The notes: generated by a model from the sequence alone, not told the origin. Positions 10,341-19,127 are shown, numbered from the stretch's first letter. The stretch is 64,000 nt of DNA from an uncultured Ruminococcus sp. (GCA_964434325.1 CAYSUO010000002.1:6086-70085), one strand, 5' to 3'. Numbers and translations are program-made.

Positions 10341-11581
10341 AATACGGATGCATAGGCGAGAGACTGCCGTACAGCTTTTCAAAGGAGATACACGCCGAGC
10401 TCGGCGATTACGAATACGAGATACGGGAGATAGCGCCCGATGACTTCGACGCCTTTGCCGAAGCGGCGGATTTTCAGGCGATAAACGTCACGATACCCTA
10501 CAAGGAGCGAATGGTCCCACACCTCGCGGAGCTCGACAAGGGGGCGCGCGCCGTCGGCGCGGTGAACACCGTTGTCAACCGACGGGGAAGGCTTTTCGGC
10601 TACAACACGGACGTCTACGGAATGACGAAGCTTTTTGAGCACGCGGGAATTGACGCGCGCGGGCGGCGCGCGGCGATATTGGGAAGCGGCGGAACTGCTA
10701 AAACGGCGCGAGCCGTTCTCACGCGCTTAGGCGCTTCCGAAATCGTTACCGTGGGAAGGCGGGAGACGGAGAACACGATAGGCTACGAGCGCCTTGCCGC
10801 GGAGCACCGCGATATTGAGATAATAGTTAACACGACCCCGCTCGGGACCTTTCCCGACGTGAGGAGGACTGCCGCGGTGGAGCTCGGCACTTTTCCGAAG
10901 CTTACGGGAGTTATCGACGCGGTTTACAACCCGCTAAGGAGCGCCCTCGTGCTTGAAGCGAGGCGACTCGGGCTCCGCGCGGAGGGCGGGCTCTATATGC
11001 TCGTGGGGCAGGCGGTGCGCGCCTCGGAGATATTTTTCGACAGGCGCTACCCCGAGGGGACGCTTGAAGAGGTCTACAAAAAGATACTGTTAAAAAAGGA
11101 AAACCTCGTTTTGGTGGGAATGCCCTCATCGGGCAAGAGCACCTTGGGAGCGGAGCTTGGGAGAAGGCTGGGACGCGAATTTTGCGACACGGATACCATT
11201 GTTGAAGAAAATACGGGTCTGACGGCAAGCGAGATTTTTGCAAGGCACGGCGAGGCACGCTTCCGCGAGGAGGAGAGCGCCGCGATACGCGAGCTTTCCG
11301 TGCGGACGGGGCTCGTTATTGCGACGGGGGGCGGCGCCGTTTTGAACGCAGACAACGTTACGGAGCTGAAAAGGAACGGGAGGATCATCTTTCTTGACAG
11401 AGCTCTCGACGAGCTGACTCCGACGGACACGCGCCCCTTGACGAGCGACCGCGAGGCGCTAAAAAGGAAATATGCGGAGAGGCTTCCCCTCTATCGCGCG
11501 TGCGCTGACATGACGGTGCGCGTGGAGGGGCTTCCCACGGAGCTCGCGGAAAAGACCATAGAAAGGCTTTTTAAAGAATGA
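10337..11581 (+). CDS. aroE-aroK: Fused shikimate dehydrogenase (N-terminal) / shikimate kinase (C-terminal)
   Basis: ORF track, GTG start overlapping the aroC stop. AroE motifs are INVTIPYKE, NTVVNRRGRLFGYNTDVYG and GSGGTAK. AroK motifs follow: NLVLVGMPSSGKSTLGAELGRRLGREFCDTD (P-loop) and ATGGGAV. Confidence 0.85.
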   Translation: MKYGCIGERLPYSFSKEIHAELGDYEYEIREIAPDDFDAFAEAADFQAINVTIPYKERMVPHLAELDKGARAVGAVNTVVNRRGRLFGYNTDVYGMTKLFEHAGIDARGRRAAILGSGGTAKTARAVLTRLGASEIVTVGRRETENTIGYERLAAEHRDIEIIVNTTPLGTFPDVRRTAAVELGTFPKLTGVIDAVYNPLRSALVLEARRLGLRAEGGLYMLVGQAVRASEIFFDRRYPEGTLEEVYKKILLKKENLVLVGMPSSGKSTLGAELGRRLGREFCDTDTIVEENTGLTASEIFARHGEARFREEESAAIRELSVRTGLVIATGGGAVLNADNVTELKRNGRIIFLDRALDELTPTDTRPLTSDREALKRKYAERLPLYRACADMTVRVEGLPTELAEKTIERLFKE

Positions 11582-12027
11582 AGATATATGTGATAAACGG
11601 CCCCAATCTCAATATGCTGGGAATACGCGAGCCCGAGATATACGGAGCGGACGGCTACGGAGCGCTGGTTGAAAAATGCCGCCGCCACGCGGCGGAGCTC
11701 GGAATAGAGCCGATATTTTTTCAATCGAACCACGAGGGAGCGCTCGTTGACAAGATACAGGAGGCGTACTTTGAGGGGGCGGCGGGTATCGTTATTAACC
11801 CAGGGGCGTACACGCACACGAGCGTCGCCCTGCTTGACGCGGTGAAGGCGACGCGCCTACCCACGGTGGAGGTGCATATATCGAAAGTCGAAGAACGCGA
11901 GTCTTTCAGGCAGATAAGCTACGTGCGCTACGCCGCCCTGAAAACGATAACGGGGCGCGGGCTTGACGGCTACCTTGACGCGCTCGACTTTTTGAAGGAA
12001 TACGTTGACGGCGGCGCGAAAGCTTGA
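11578..12027 (+). CDS. aroQ: Type II 3-dehydroquinate dehydratase
   Basis: ORF track. MKIYVINGPNLNMLGIREPEIYG, NPGAYTHTSVAL and EVHISKVEERESFR. ATGA overlap with the upstream gene. Confidence 0.9.
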   Translation: MKIYVINGPNLNMLGIREPEIYGADGYGALVEKCRRHAAELGIEPIFFQSNHEGALVDKIQEAYFEGAAGIVINPGAYTHTSVALLDAVKATRLPTVEVHISKVEERESFRQISYVRYAALKTITGRGLDGYLDALDFLKEYVDGGAKA

Positions 12028-12089
12028 TGAGAAGCGCCGAGCCGCGGCTTTTCACACGCGGCTTCGGCGACGCAAGGAAAGGAGCTCAA

Positions 12090-13304
12090 ATGAGAGTTGC
12101 GATAAAAAAAGGCGTGGCGCGCGGGGAGATATGCGCGCCGCCCTCGAAAAGCATGGCGCACAGGCTACTCATCTCGGCGGCGCTCGCCGAGGGGGAAAGC
12201 ACGGTGCGCGATATACCCTTTTGCGACGACGTTTTGGCGACGCTCGACTGCCTGAACGCCTTAGGGATTGCGACCGAGATAAGGGGCGCGGACGTGACGG
12301 TGCACGGACGGCGCTTATCGGCGATCGACACGAGCGCGATGCTCGAATGCCGCGAGAGCGGAAGCACGCTTCGCTTTATGATACCGCTCTTACTTTTGAG
12401 CGGCAAGCGAGCCACCCTGCACGGTGCGCCCTCACTTATGAGCCGCCCGATGAGCGTTTACGAGGAGCTGGCCAAGGAGCAGGGCTTTGAATACGCGGCG
12501 AAGGGCGACACGATAAGCCTTAAAGGACGGCTCACGGGGGGCGACTTGAAGCTTCGCGGCAATGTCAGCAGTCAATTCATCAGCGGCTTGCTTTTCGCTC
12601 TGCCCTTGGCGGACGAGGACAGCACGCTGCACATAACGACGGCGGTGGAAAGCCGCTCCTACATCGACCTGACGCTTTCCGCATTGAGGACGTTCGGCGT
12701 TCTTGCGGAGTGGAGCGACGATTACACCTTGAAAATACGGGGACGGCAGAGCTACACACCGAGCGACGTTCGCGTGGAGGGCGATTATTCGGGGGCCGCA
12801 TTTCCTGCGGCGCTGGCGCTTTTCGGCGGCGACGTTCGCATTGCGGGGCTCAAAGAGAACAGCATACAGGGGGACCGCGCCTACGCGAGGCATTTTGAGG
12901 CGCTTATGCGCGGCATTCCGACGATACATGTTGGAGACTGCCCCGACCTCGGGCCCGTGCTTTTCGCCGTTGCGGCGGCGAAGAACGGTGGAATCTTCGA
13001 CGGGACGAGGCGCTTGAAGATAAAGGAGAGCGACCGTGCGGCGGCGATGGCGGTGGAGCTGATGAAATTCGGAGCCTCGGTCAGCGTTTACGAGGACAGC
13101 GTGGTCATATATCCGAAGAGCTTCCACGCACCGAGGGAGCCGCTTTGTGGGCACAACGACCACAGAATAGTTATGGCGCTCTCGGTGCTCCTCACCCTGA
13201 CGGGGGGAGAGCTGACGGGGGCGGAAGCCGTGGCGAAGAGCTATCCCGCGTTTTTCGATGACCTCGAAGCCTTGGGAATAGAGCTTGCGCGATATGAGGA
13301 ATAG
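12090..13304 (+). CDS. aroA: 3-phosphoshikimate 1-carboxyvinyltransferase (EPSP synthase)
   Basis: ORF track 12024..13304. PPSKSMAHRLLISAALAEGES, LKIKESDR and HNDHRIVMAL. Start moved to ATG 12090 behind an AAAGGAG SD. Confidence 0.9.
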   Translation: MRVAIKKGVARGEICAPPSKSMAHRLLISAALAEGESTVRDIPFCDDVLATLDCLNALGIATEIRGADVTVHGRRLSAIDTSAMLECRESGSTLRFMIPLLLLSGKRATLHGAPSLMSRPMSVYEELAKEQGFEYAAKGDTISLKGRLTGGDLKLRGNVSSQFISGLLFALPLADEDSTLHITTAVESRSYIDLTLSALRTFGVLAEWSDDYTLKIRGRQSYTPSDVRVEGDYSGAAFPAALALFGGDVRIAGLKENSIQGDRAYARHFEALMRGIPTIHVGDCPDLGPVLFAVAAAKNGGIFDGTRRLKIKESDRAAAMAVELMKFGASVSVYEDSVVIYPKSFHAPREPLCGHNDHRIVMALSVLLTLTGGELTGAEAVAKSYPAFFDDLEALGIELARYEE

Positions 13305-13363
13305 GCGCGCGAAGCGGCGACAGCATATCAAATACATAGCCTTTGCGGCGGAACGGAAGCAAT

Positions 13364-14245
13364 ATGAAGCTTGACAAAAACACAAAGATACTGATAGTGG
13401 GGCTCGGGGTGATAGGCGGCGGCTATGCGGCGGCGCTGACCGCGGCGGGCTACACCGTCAAATGCATTACGAAGGAGCAAAAGGACGTTGACTACGCGAC
13501 GGAGCGGAATATGATAAGCTACGGAACGACGGAGATAGAGCCCGCGCTCATCGCGGAGGCGGAGCTGATAATCTTCGCGCTCTACCCCGCGACGTTCATC
13601 GAATGGATAGAGAAAAACCAAAAATACTTTTCTCGTGGGACGATAATAACCGACGTTACGGGCGTTAAGGGTCACGTTGTTGACAAGATACAGAGCATTT
13701 TGCGCCGTGACGTTGAATTTATCGCGGCGCACCCGATGGCGGGACGCGAGCAGAGCGGAGTTGAATTTTCAAGCCCCGAGGTCTTTCACGGGGCGAACTA
13801 CATAGTTACGCCGACGGAGAAGAACACGAGGGAGGCGACGGAGCTCTGCCGCGAGCTCGGGCGCGTTCTCGGCTTTGCGAGGATAACGGAGCTGACGACG
13901 GAGGAGCACGACAGGATGATAGCCTTCCTCTCACAGCTGACACACTGCATAGCCGTTTCGCTTATGAACTGCAACACCGCGCCCTCCTTGGAGAGCTACA
14001 CGGGAGACTCTTTTCGCGATCTGACGAGGATAGCGAAGATAAACGACCGAATGTGGAGCGAGCTCTTTCTTATGAACAGGGGCGCGCTTCTCGACGAGAT
14101 GAACGCTTTTATAAAAGAATTTTGCCTCTTTCGCGATATGCTCATTGCGGGCGACTGCGAAGGAATGCGAGAAAAAATGCGCTCGGCGACGGAGCGAAGA
14201 AAGCTCTTCGACAAGCCAACGAAAAGAAAGGATGAAACATTATGA
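13364..14245 (+). CDS. tyrA: Prephenate dehydrogenase
   Basis: ORF track 13343..14245. Rossmann motif ILIVGLGVIGGGYAAAL, plus AAHPMAGREQSG. Start at ATG 13364 after GGAACGGAAG. Confidence 0.85.
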   Translation: MKLDKNTKILIVGLGVIGGGYAAALTAAGYTVKCITKEQKDVDYATERNMISYGTTEIEPALIAEAELIIFALYPATFIEWIEKNQKYFSRGTIITDVTGVKGHVVDKIQSILRRDVEFIAAHPMAGREQSGVEFSSPEVFHGANYIVTPTEKNTREATELCRELGRVLGFARITELTTEEHDRMIAFLSQLTHCIAVSLMNCNTAPSLESYTGDSFRDLTRIAKINDRMWSELFLMNRGALLDEMNAFIKEFCLFRDMLIAGDCEGMREKMRSATERRKLFDKPTKRKDETL

Positions 14246-15273
14246 ATATGCATTTTTACCGCAAGCTGCCGATACCGATGGAGATAAAGGAGCAATTCCC
14301 TATCACGGCGGAGACGGAGCGGCGGCGCGACGAATGTGTTGCCGAGATGAAGAGGATATTTTCGGGAGAGAGCGACAAATTCATCCTCGTTATAGGTCCA
14401 TGCTCCGCCGACAAGGAGGACTCGGTGCTTGAATACATATACCGCCTACGCGGCGTTCAAGACAAGGTGGCGGACAGGCTCCTCATCGTTCCGAGGATAT
14501 ACACCAACAAGCCGAGGACGACGGGAGACGGCTACAAGGGAATGCTCCACCAGCCAGACCCGAACGCGGCGCCCGACCTTTTGAAGGGAATCATCGCCAT
14601 ACGCAAGCTACACATCAGGGCGATAAACGAGACGGGCTTCGGCTGTGCCGACGAGATGCTGTACCCCGAAAATCACCGCTACCTTTCGGACGTTTTGGCG
14701 TACGTGGCGGTGGGGGCGCGCTCCGTGGAGGACCAGCAGCACAGGCTGACGGCGAGCGGACTCAACATCCCCGTGGGAATGAAAAACCCGACGGGCGGCG
14801 ACCTCGCCGTTATGATGAACTCGATAACCGCGGCGCAACACGCGCACACCTTCTGCTACCGCGGCTGGGAGGTGGAGAGCGCGGGCAACCCGTTTGCTCA
14901 CGCCATTTTGCGCGGCTATGTGGACAAGCACGGGAAATCGCATCCGAACTACCATTTTGAGGACCTTATGGGTCTATACGAGATATATCAAAAGAGCGGG
15001 CTCTCCAATCCCGCCGCGATAATAGACACCAATCATTCAAACTCGGGAAAGCAGTTTGGCGAGCAGCCGAGGATAGCGAAAGAAGTGCTCCACAGTCGCC
15101 GCTATTCAAGGGACGTTGCTTCCCTCGTCAAGGGCCTTATGATAGAGAGCTACATTGAAGACGGGGCACAAAAGATATCCGACGCGGAGGTCTTTGGAAA
15201 GTCGATAACCGACCCCTGCCTCGGCTGGGAAAAGACGGAGCGCCTGATATACGATATTGCGGACGGGCTATAA
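14242..15273 (+). CDS. aroG: 3-deoxy-7-phosphoheptulonate (DAHP) synthase, class I AroG/F/H-like
   Basis: ORF track. LVIGPCSADKEDSVLEY, RIYTNKPRTTGDGYKGML and IDTNHSNSGK. ATGA overlap with tyrA. Confidence 0.85.
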   Translation: MNMHFYRKLPIPMEIKEQFPITAETERRRDECVAEMKRIFSGESDKFILVIGPCSADKEDSVLEYIYRLRGVQDKVADRLLIVPRIYTNKPRTTGDGYKGMLHQPDPNAAPDLLKGIIAIRKLHIRAINETGFGCADEMLYPENHRYLSDVLAYVAVGARSVEDQQHRLTASGLNIPVGMKNPTGGDLAVMMNSITAAQHAHTFCYRGWEVESAGNPFAHAILRGYVDKHGKSHPNYHFEDLMGLYEIYQKSGLSNPAAIIDTNHSNSGKQFGEQPRIAKEVLHSRRYSRDVASLVKGLMIESYIEDGAQKISDAEVFGKSITDPCLGWEKTERLIYDIADGL

Positions 15274-15349
15274 GCCGACGGAGCGAAGGCGAAATTTTTA
15301 GCGCATTGACGCGCTCTCCGACAAACGAGGGCGACAAAGCCACAAATTA

Positions 15350-15390
15350 AAAGCGTTGCGACTCACGGGCGCAACGCTTTTGCGTTTTAT
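15350..15390 (+). terminator. Rho-independent terminator of the aromatic operon
   Basis: AGCGTTGCG-actcacggg-CGCAACGCT followed by TTTTGCGTTTT. Confidence 0.75.
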
Positions 15391-15495
15391 AAAAAAGATA
15401 TAAAGCATTTAAGAGCTTGAACTGTAAGGCTATTTAAAAGCTTAAACTATAAAACTACTCAAAAAACTATCTTCACACGTAATGGGCGCGCAAAA

Positions 15496-15656
15496 GTGCG
15501 GCTTTACTCTACTCTTCCGTGAAAAGGAGCGTTGAGTGCGACTTTAACTCTACCCTTCCGTGAAAAGGGGCGTTGAGCGCGGCTTTACTCTACTCTTCTG
15601 TGAAAAGAGGCGTTGAGTGCGGCTTTGCTCTACTCTTCCGCGAAAAGGGGCGTTGA
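15496..15656. repeat. Four tandem 40-41-bp units; the last one is the genuine 3' end of cysK
   Basis: Units at 15496-15535, 15536-15576, 15577-15616 and 15617-15656, all close to gtgcggctttactctactcttccgtgaaaaggagcgttga. Unit 4 encodes ..STPLFAEE plus the stop. Confidence 0.9.
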
Positions 15657-16562
15657 AAGATAGCGCTCTCCCGTATCGGGGAGGAGGGCGACGATGTTCT
15701 TTCCCGCATTTTCGGGGCGGCGGGCAAGCTCGATGGCGGCGCTCAAAGCGGCGCCCGAAGAAATGCCGACGAGGTAGCCCTCGCGGCGCGCGACGAGGCG
15801 AGCCGCTTCGTATGCCGCCTCATCGCCGACCTTGATTATCTCGTCTATCAGCGAGGCGTCCAGCGTTTTCGGGACGAAGCCAGCGCCTATCCCCTGCAAT
15901 CCGTGCTTCCCCGCTTTCTCTCCCGAAAGGACGGCGGACGAGGCGGGCTCAACGGCAACCACCTTGACCTCGGGGCGGCGCGACTTTAAATACGAGCCGA
16001 CGCCGCTGAGAGTTCCGCCTGTTCCAACTCCCGCGACGAAGATATCCACGCTGCCGTTCGTATCCGCCCATATCTCGGGTCCCGTCGAAGAAAAATGCGC
16101 GCTCGGGTTGGCGGGGTTTTCAAACTGCCCCGCAACGAAGCTATGAGGCAGGGACTCGGCGAGCTCCGCCGCGCGCTCTATCGCGCCGCGCATACCGAGG
16201 GCGCCGTCAGTTAAAACGAGCTCCGCACCGTAGGCGCGGACGAGGGCACGGCGCTCCTCGGACATGGTGCTCGGCATAACGATGATGACGCGATAGCCGC
16301 GCGAGGCGGCGATGGCGGCAAGACCTATCCCCGTATTGCCGCTGGTAGGCTCTATAACGACGGAGCCCTTCGCCAAAGCTCCGTCCTTTTCCGCCGCGTC
16401 CAGCATTGCCTTCGCGACGCGATCCTTGACCGAGCCCGCAGGGTTAAAATATTCAAGCTTTGCCAAAATGCGAGCGTTCAGCGCGAGCTCCTTTTCAAGA
16501 GCGCAAAGCTCGACGAGCGGAGTTTTTCCCACGAGCTCGCCTACCGATGAATAAACGGGCAT
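15630..16562 (-). CDS. cysK: Cysteine synthase A (O-acetylserine sulfhydrylase)
   Basis: ORF track 15630..16592. [24 protein letters not shown] (PLP lysine) and [10 protein letters not shown]. Start at ATG 16562 (MPVYSS), directly behind the hairpin-SD cassette. Confidence 0.9.
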   Translation of the reverse strand: MPVYSSVGELVGKTPLVELCALEKELALNARILAKLEYFNPAGSVKDRVAKAMLDAAEKDGALAKGSVVIEPTSGNTGIGLAAIAASRGYRVIIVMPSTMSEERRALVRAYGAELVLTDGALGMRGAIERAAELAESLPHSFVAGQFENPANPSAHFSSTGPEIWADTNGSVDIFVAGVGTGGTLSGVGSYLKSRRPEVKVVAVEPASSAVLSGEKAGKHGLQGIGAGFVPKTLDASLIDEIIKVGDEAAYEAARLVARREGYLVGISSGAALSAAIELARRPENAGKNIVALLPDTGERYLSTPLFAEE

Positions 16563-16590
16563 ATTGCTCCCTTCCGCCGCCCTGTGCGGC
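16563..16590 (-). promoter_or_regulatory. Stem-loop + SD cassette upstream of cysK
   Basis: Minus strand reads GCCGC-ACAGG-GCGGC-GGAAGGGAG-CAAT-ATG. Confidence 0.45.
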
Positions 16591-16761
16591 AACGCGCGAA
16601 TCTATCTATGCAACGAAAAGCTACGTGGCCTTCACGCAGAGATATTTCGGAGAGTTTTCGCCTCTCCGCGAAAATATACGCGATAAATTTTAAGATAATG
16701 AATAATGAATAAAAGTGTGTCTCGTTAAAAATTCAATAAAGCGAATTTTTAATGGACACAC

Positions 16762-16997
16762 GAAGAGGCTGACGGATTTAGAGCAGAAGTCGACGGCTGA
16801 CGAGCGATAGGCGTACAAAGGTACGTCGAGCGAGGAAACGTCGATAAAACGAAAAACATAATAAAAAGATAAAACCGTAGGTTTTAACCTTGATTTTTCC
16901 GAAAAACACACGGTAGAAGCAAAGCTCTTTCTTTATTTCTTTATTTCTTTATTTCTTCCGTTTTTCGTTTGTTTCTGTTTAAATGCGACAGCCTCTT
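16762..16997. mobile_element. MITE-like non-coding repeat element (module B core + module A terminator hairpin) with about 19-bp terminal inverted repeats
   Basis: The left end gaagaggctgacggattta (16762-16780) matches the reverse complement of the right end taaatgcgacagcctcttt at 16 of 19 positions. The interior matches the repeat units at 60781-61359 and 49005-49127. It contains a (CTTTATTT)x3 microsatellite at 16931-16954. Confidence 0.5.
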
Positions 16998-17031
16998 TTC
17001 CTTCGGCTTTGGCTAAATGCGGCGCGAGCTA

Positions 17032-17586
17032 TCAAAGGATCAGCTCTTCCTCCTCATCCTCGTCAAACTCGTCTTCAACGGGGACCCAAGCTCTGCCGAA
17101 TTTGGTCTCCTTAAAGAGGGCGGCGAGCCCCGTTATTTGCTTCAAGCGAAGTATCTCGTCTTTATCCATGCCGAGATGCTTCGATATCCACGCGTCGCTC
17201 CTGCCGAGCTCGTGGAGCTCCTTGACGATGTTGCTCATCAGGTCAACGTCGTGCGAGCCGCGGGCACGGTTATGCCGTATCGTGCTCGCCATACGCTGGT
17301 CAATCGACTTATCGATGACGGAAACGGGGAGCTTGCCGCCCTCGCGCTCGTATATATCGTGATAATCGAGCATAACGCGATAGCGATGGAAGCCGTCCAC
17401 GATGACGTAGGTATCGTTTTCCTTCACGTGGTAGCAAACGATGGGCATCGTGTACCCGTCCTCCTTGATGCTGTCGTAGAGGAGCTTCATCTCGGGCGGT
17501 GCTACCGCGTTGGGGTTATAGGTATTGGGGACTATCTTTTCAATTGGCACGGCGATAACGCCGTACACGGGACTTTTAAAAGCCAT
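17032..17586 (-). CDS. ParB/Srx-like nuclease-domain protein, IbrB-like
   Basis: ORF track. ParB/Srx core IVDGFHRYRV, TIRHNRARGSH, an HTH-like SDAWISKHLGMDKDEILRLKQ and an acidic tail DEFDEDEEEELIL. Paired with the IbrA-like gene 46 nt upstream. Confidence 0.75.
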   Translation of the reverse strand: MAFKSPVYGVIAVPIEKIVPNTYNPNAVAPPEMKLLYDSIKEDGYTMPIVCYHVKENDTYVIVDGFHRYRVMLDYHDIYEREGGKLPVSVIDKSIDQRMASTIRHNRARGSHDVDLMSNIVKELHELGRSDAWISKHLGMDKDEILRLKQITGLAALFKETKFGRAWVPVEDEFDEDEEEELIL

Positions 17587-17617
17587 AGCTACTCCATTCC
17601 GCCGCCGAGGCGGCTCT
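17587..17617 (-). promoter_or_regulatory. Stem-loop + SD cassette upstream of the IbrB-like gene
   Basis: Minus strand reads GCCGC-CUCG-GCGGC-GGAATGGAG-TAGCT-ATG. Nearly identical to the cassette upstream of rpiB. Confidence 0.45.
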
Positions 17618-17632
17618 TATTTTTAACGGGGG

Positions 17633-18961
17633 TCATTCCTCGCCGCCCACCGCGGCATACTTCGCCTTCAAAAGGTCGAGCCTTCTATACTGCTCTCGCG
17701 AAAGCCCGAAGCCCATAAAGCGGCATATATGGTCGTTTTTCAGGATACAGAAGCACATACGCTTCCAGCTGGGAACGTCCTTCGAGGTCTTTATATCGTC
17801 GGTATGGTCTGGGATAGGGCCGTCAAACACCACGCGCTTATTTTTCATTATCGTGTAATTGGAGACGCCGTTCGTGCGCACCCTATACCCGCGGTCAACG
17901 AGCTCCTTTATCGTTTCATCGTCGAGCCCGCCACCTATCTTATGCCAAAATTCTATCGAGGTCCTGAATTTCTTTATATAGTTATTCCGAAGCTTCGTTG
18001 GAAGCGTATCGAGCAAGAACTTGGTGTACGACTCCCAGGTGTGCCCCTCGGGCAAGGAGAGTGAGCGATAGCCGAGCGCCTTCGTCTTACCGTAGATGGC
18101 GCCGAAGTTGACCCCGCGGACGCGCCCGAGCAGCTTAACCCAAGTCTTGGGGTCAATGATCCGATACATATTTAGGCTTTCCTTGGCATAATCGTTGAAC
18201 GGGGAGGCGACGCGCATCTGATCGGGCGTGAGCCCCGCCTTATAATACAAGTCGTAGAGATAATTATACTCGTAGTTAAAGGTGTAGATGGCGTGCCACA
18301 CGTCGGAAGTGCTCCAATCGTAGAGCGGGGACGCCGCCCAACAGTTTTTGAACTGCTGAGTTATCCAGCACTCGCCCTTGTAGCCGTACTTCTTATTGAC
18401 GAAGCCGCTGTAACGCTGCATGGACTCATCGGCGCGCATACCGAGCAGCGTTACCGTTTTGCCCTCGCCGTGCGATATACGGTACCAGCGCCCGAACTGC
18501 TTGGCAAGATCCTCCTGGTGCATACGATAGTGGTAGGTGGACATCGGGTTATTCGCCAAATTGACGACGTAGGGGTGCTCGGGCATGGGGCGCACCCAAA
18601 CGTCCTTCTTCTTATCGTCCCACGCGTACCAAAACATTTCGTAGCTACTGAGGGCGGTGCGCACCGCCATGGGGAGGCAGAGCCAATAGAGCTCGATATT
18701 TTCGTCGCCTTCCAGACGCTTGAAGGTACGCTCGACAAAATCCGTCGTCATACTATACTGCGCCTCAAAGTCCTGATGAAAGACGCATATATGCCTATCG
18801 GGGCAATGCCTTTTTCTGTAATCGAGGACGAGCTCCAAAAGAAGCCCGCTATCCTTACCGCCCGAAAACGAAACTATAACGTTGTCAAATTCCTCAAAGA
18901 TGAATTTTATGCGCTCGATGGCGGCATCGTAAACGTTTTTCTCTACGTATTCTCTTCTCAT
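17633..18961 (-). CDS. PAPS-reductase/PP-loop ATP-pyrophosphatase family protein with long C-terminal extension, IbrA-like
   Basis: ORF track. PP-loop VIVSFSGGKDSGLLLE and LGMRADES, then a roughly 230-aa C-terminal region (WSTSDVWHAIY.., NYIKKFRTSIEFWHK, CFCILKNDHICRFMGF) as in IbrA/DUF3440-type proteins. Confidence 0.75.
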   Translation of the reverse strand: MRREYVEKNVYDAAIERIKFIFEEFDNVIVSFSGGKDSGLLLELVLDYRKRHCPDRHICVFHQDFEAQYSMTTDFVERTFKRLEGDENIELYWLCLPMAVRTALSSYEMFWYAWDDKKKDVWVRPMPEHPYVVNLANNPMSTYHYRMHQEDLAKQFGRWYRISHGEGKTVTLLGMRADESMQRYSGFVNKKYGYKGECWITQQFKNCWAASPLYDWSTSDVWHAIYTFNYEYNYLYDLYYKAGLTPDQMRVASPFNDYAKESLNMYRIIDPKTWVKLLGRVRGVNFGAIYGKTKALGYRSLSLPEGHTWESYTKFLLDTLPTKLRNNYIKKFRTSIEFWHKIGGGLDDETIKELVDRGYRVRTNGVSNYTIMKNKRVVFDGPIPDHTDDIKTSKDVPSWKRMCFCILKNDHICRFMGFGLSREQYRRLDLLKAKYAAVGGEE

Positions 18962-18997
18962 TTTTTATCACCGTTAGCGTTAAATTACGTTATGAAT

Positions 18998-19026
18998 ATA
19001 TTAGCATATTTTAAAATTATTGTCAA
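18998..19026 (-). promoter_or_regulatory. Predicted promoter of the IbrA/IbrB-like pair
   Basis: Minus strand reads TTGACA-17 nt-TAATAT. A tandem ATCGACAA ATCGACAA lies just upstream (19047-19064). Confidence 0.55.
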
Positions 19027-19073
19027 TAATAAACTAAACATTTTGTCGATTTGTCGATTTTGCCGCATAGCTA

Positions 19074-19102
19074 TTGAAAAGCGGCGGCGGCTGTGATAAA
19101 AT
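19074..19102 (+). promoter_or_regulatory. Predicted promoter of the pseudouridine synthase gene
   Basis: TTGAAA-17 nt-TAAAAT with a TG extension (tgtgaTAAAAT). Confidence 0.5.
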
Positions 19103-19127
19103 ATATGAAAAAGGCGGAGGACGGCGA

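Noticed and set aside
16593-16761. T-box or S-box style riboswitch in the cysK leader. I also looked upstream of metG, the aromatic operon, sdaA and the amino-acid ABC operon.
   Set aside because: Hairpins are present, but I could not find the T-box sequence (AGGGUGGNACCGCG-like), a specifier or terminator-antiterminator arrangement, or the conserved cores of the SAM, glycine or lysine riboswitches. The metG and aromatic leaders are too short. This needs an Infernal/Rfam scan to settle.
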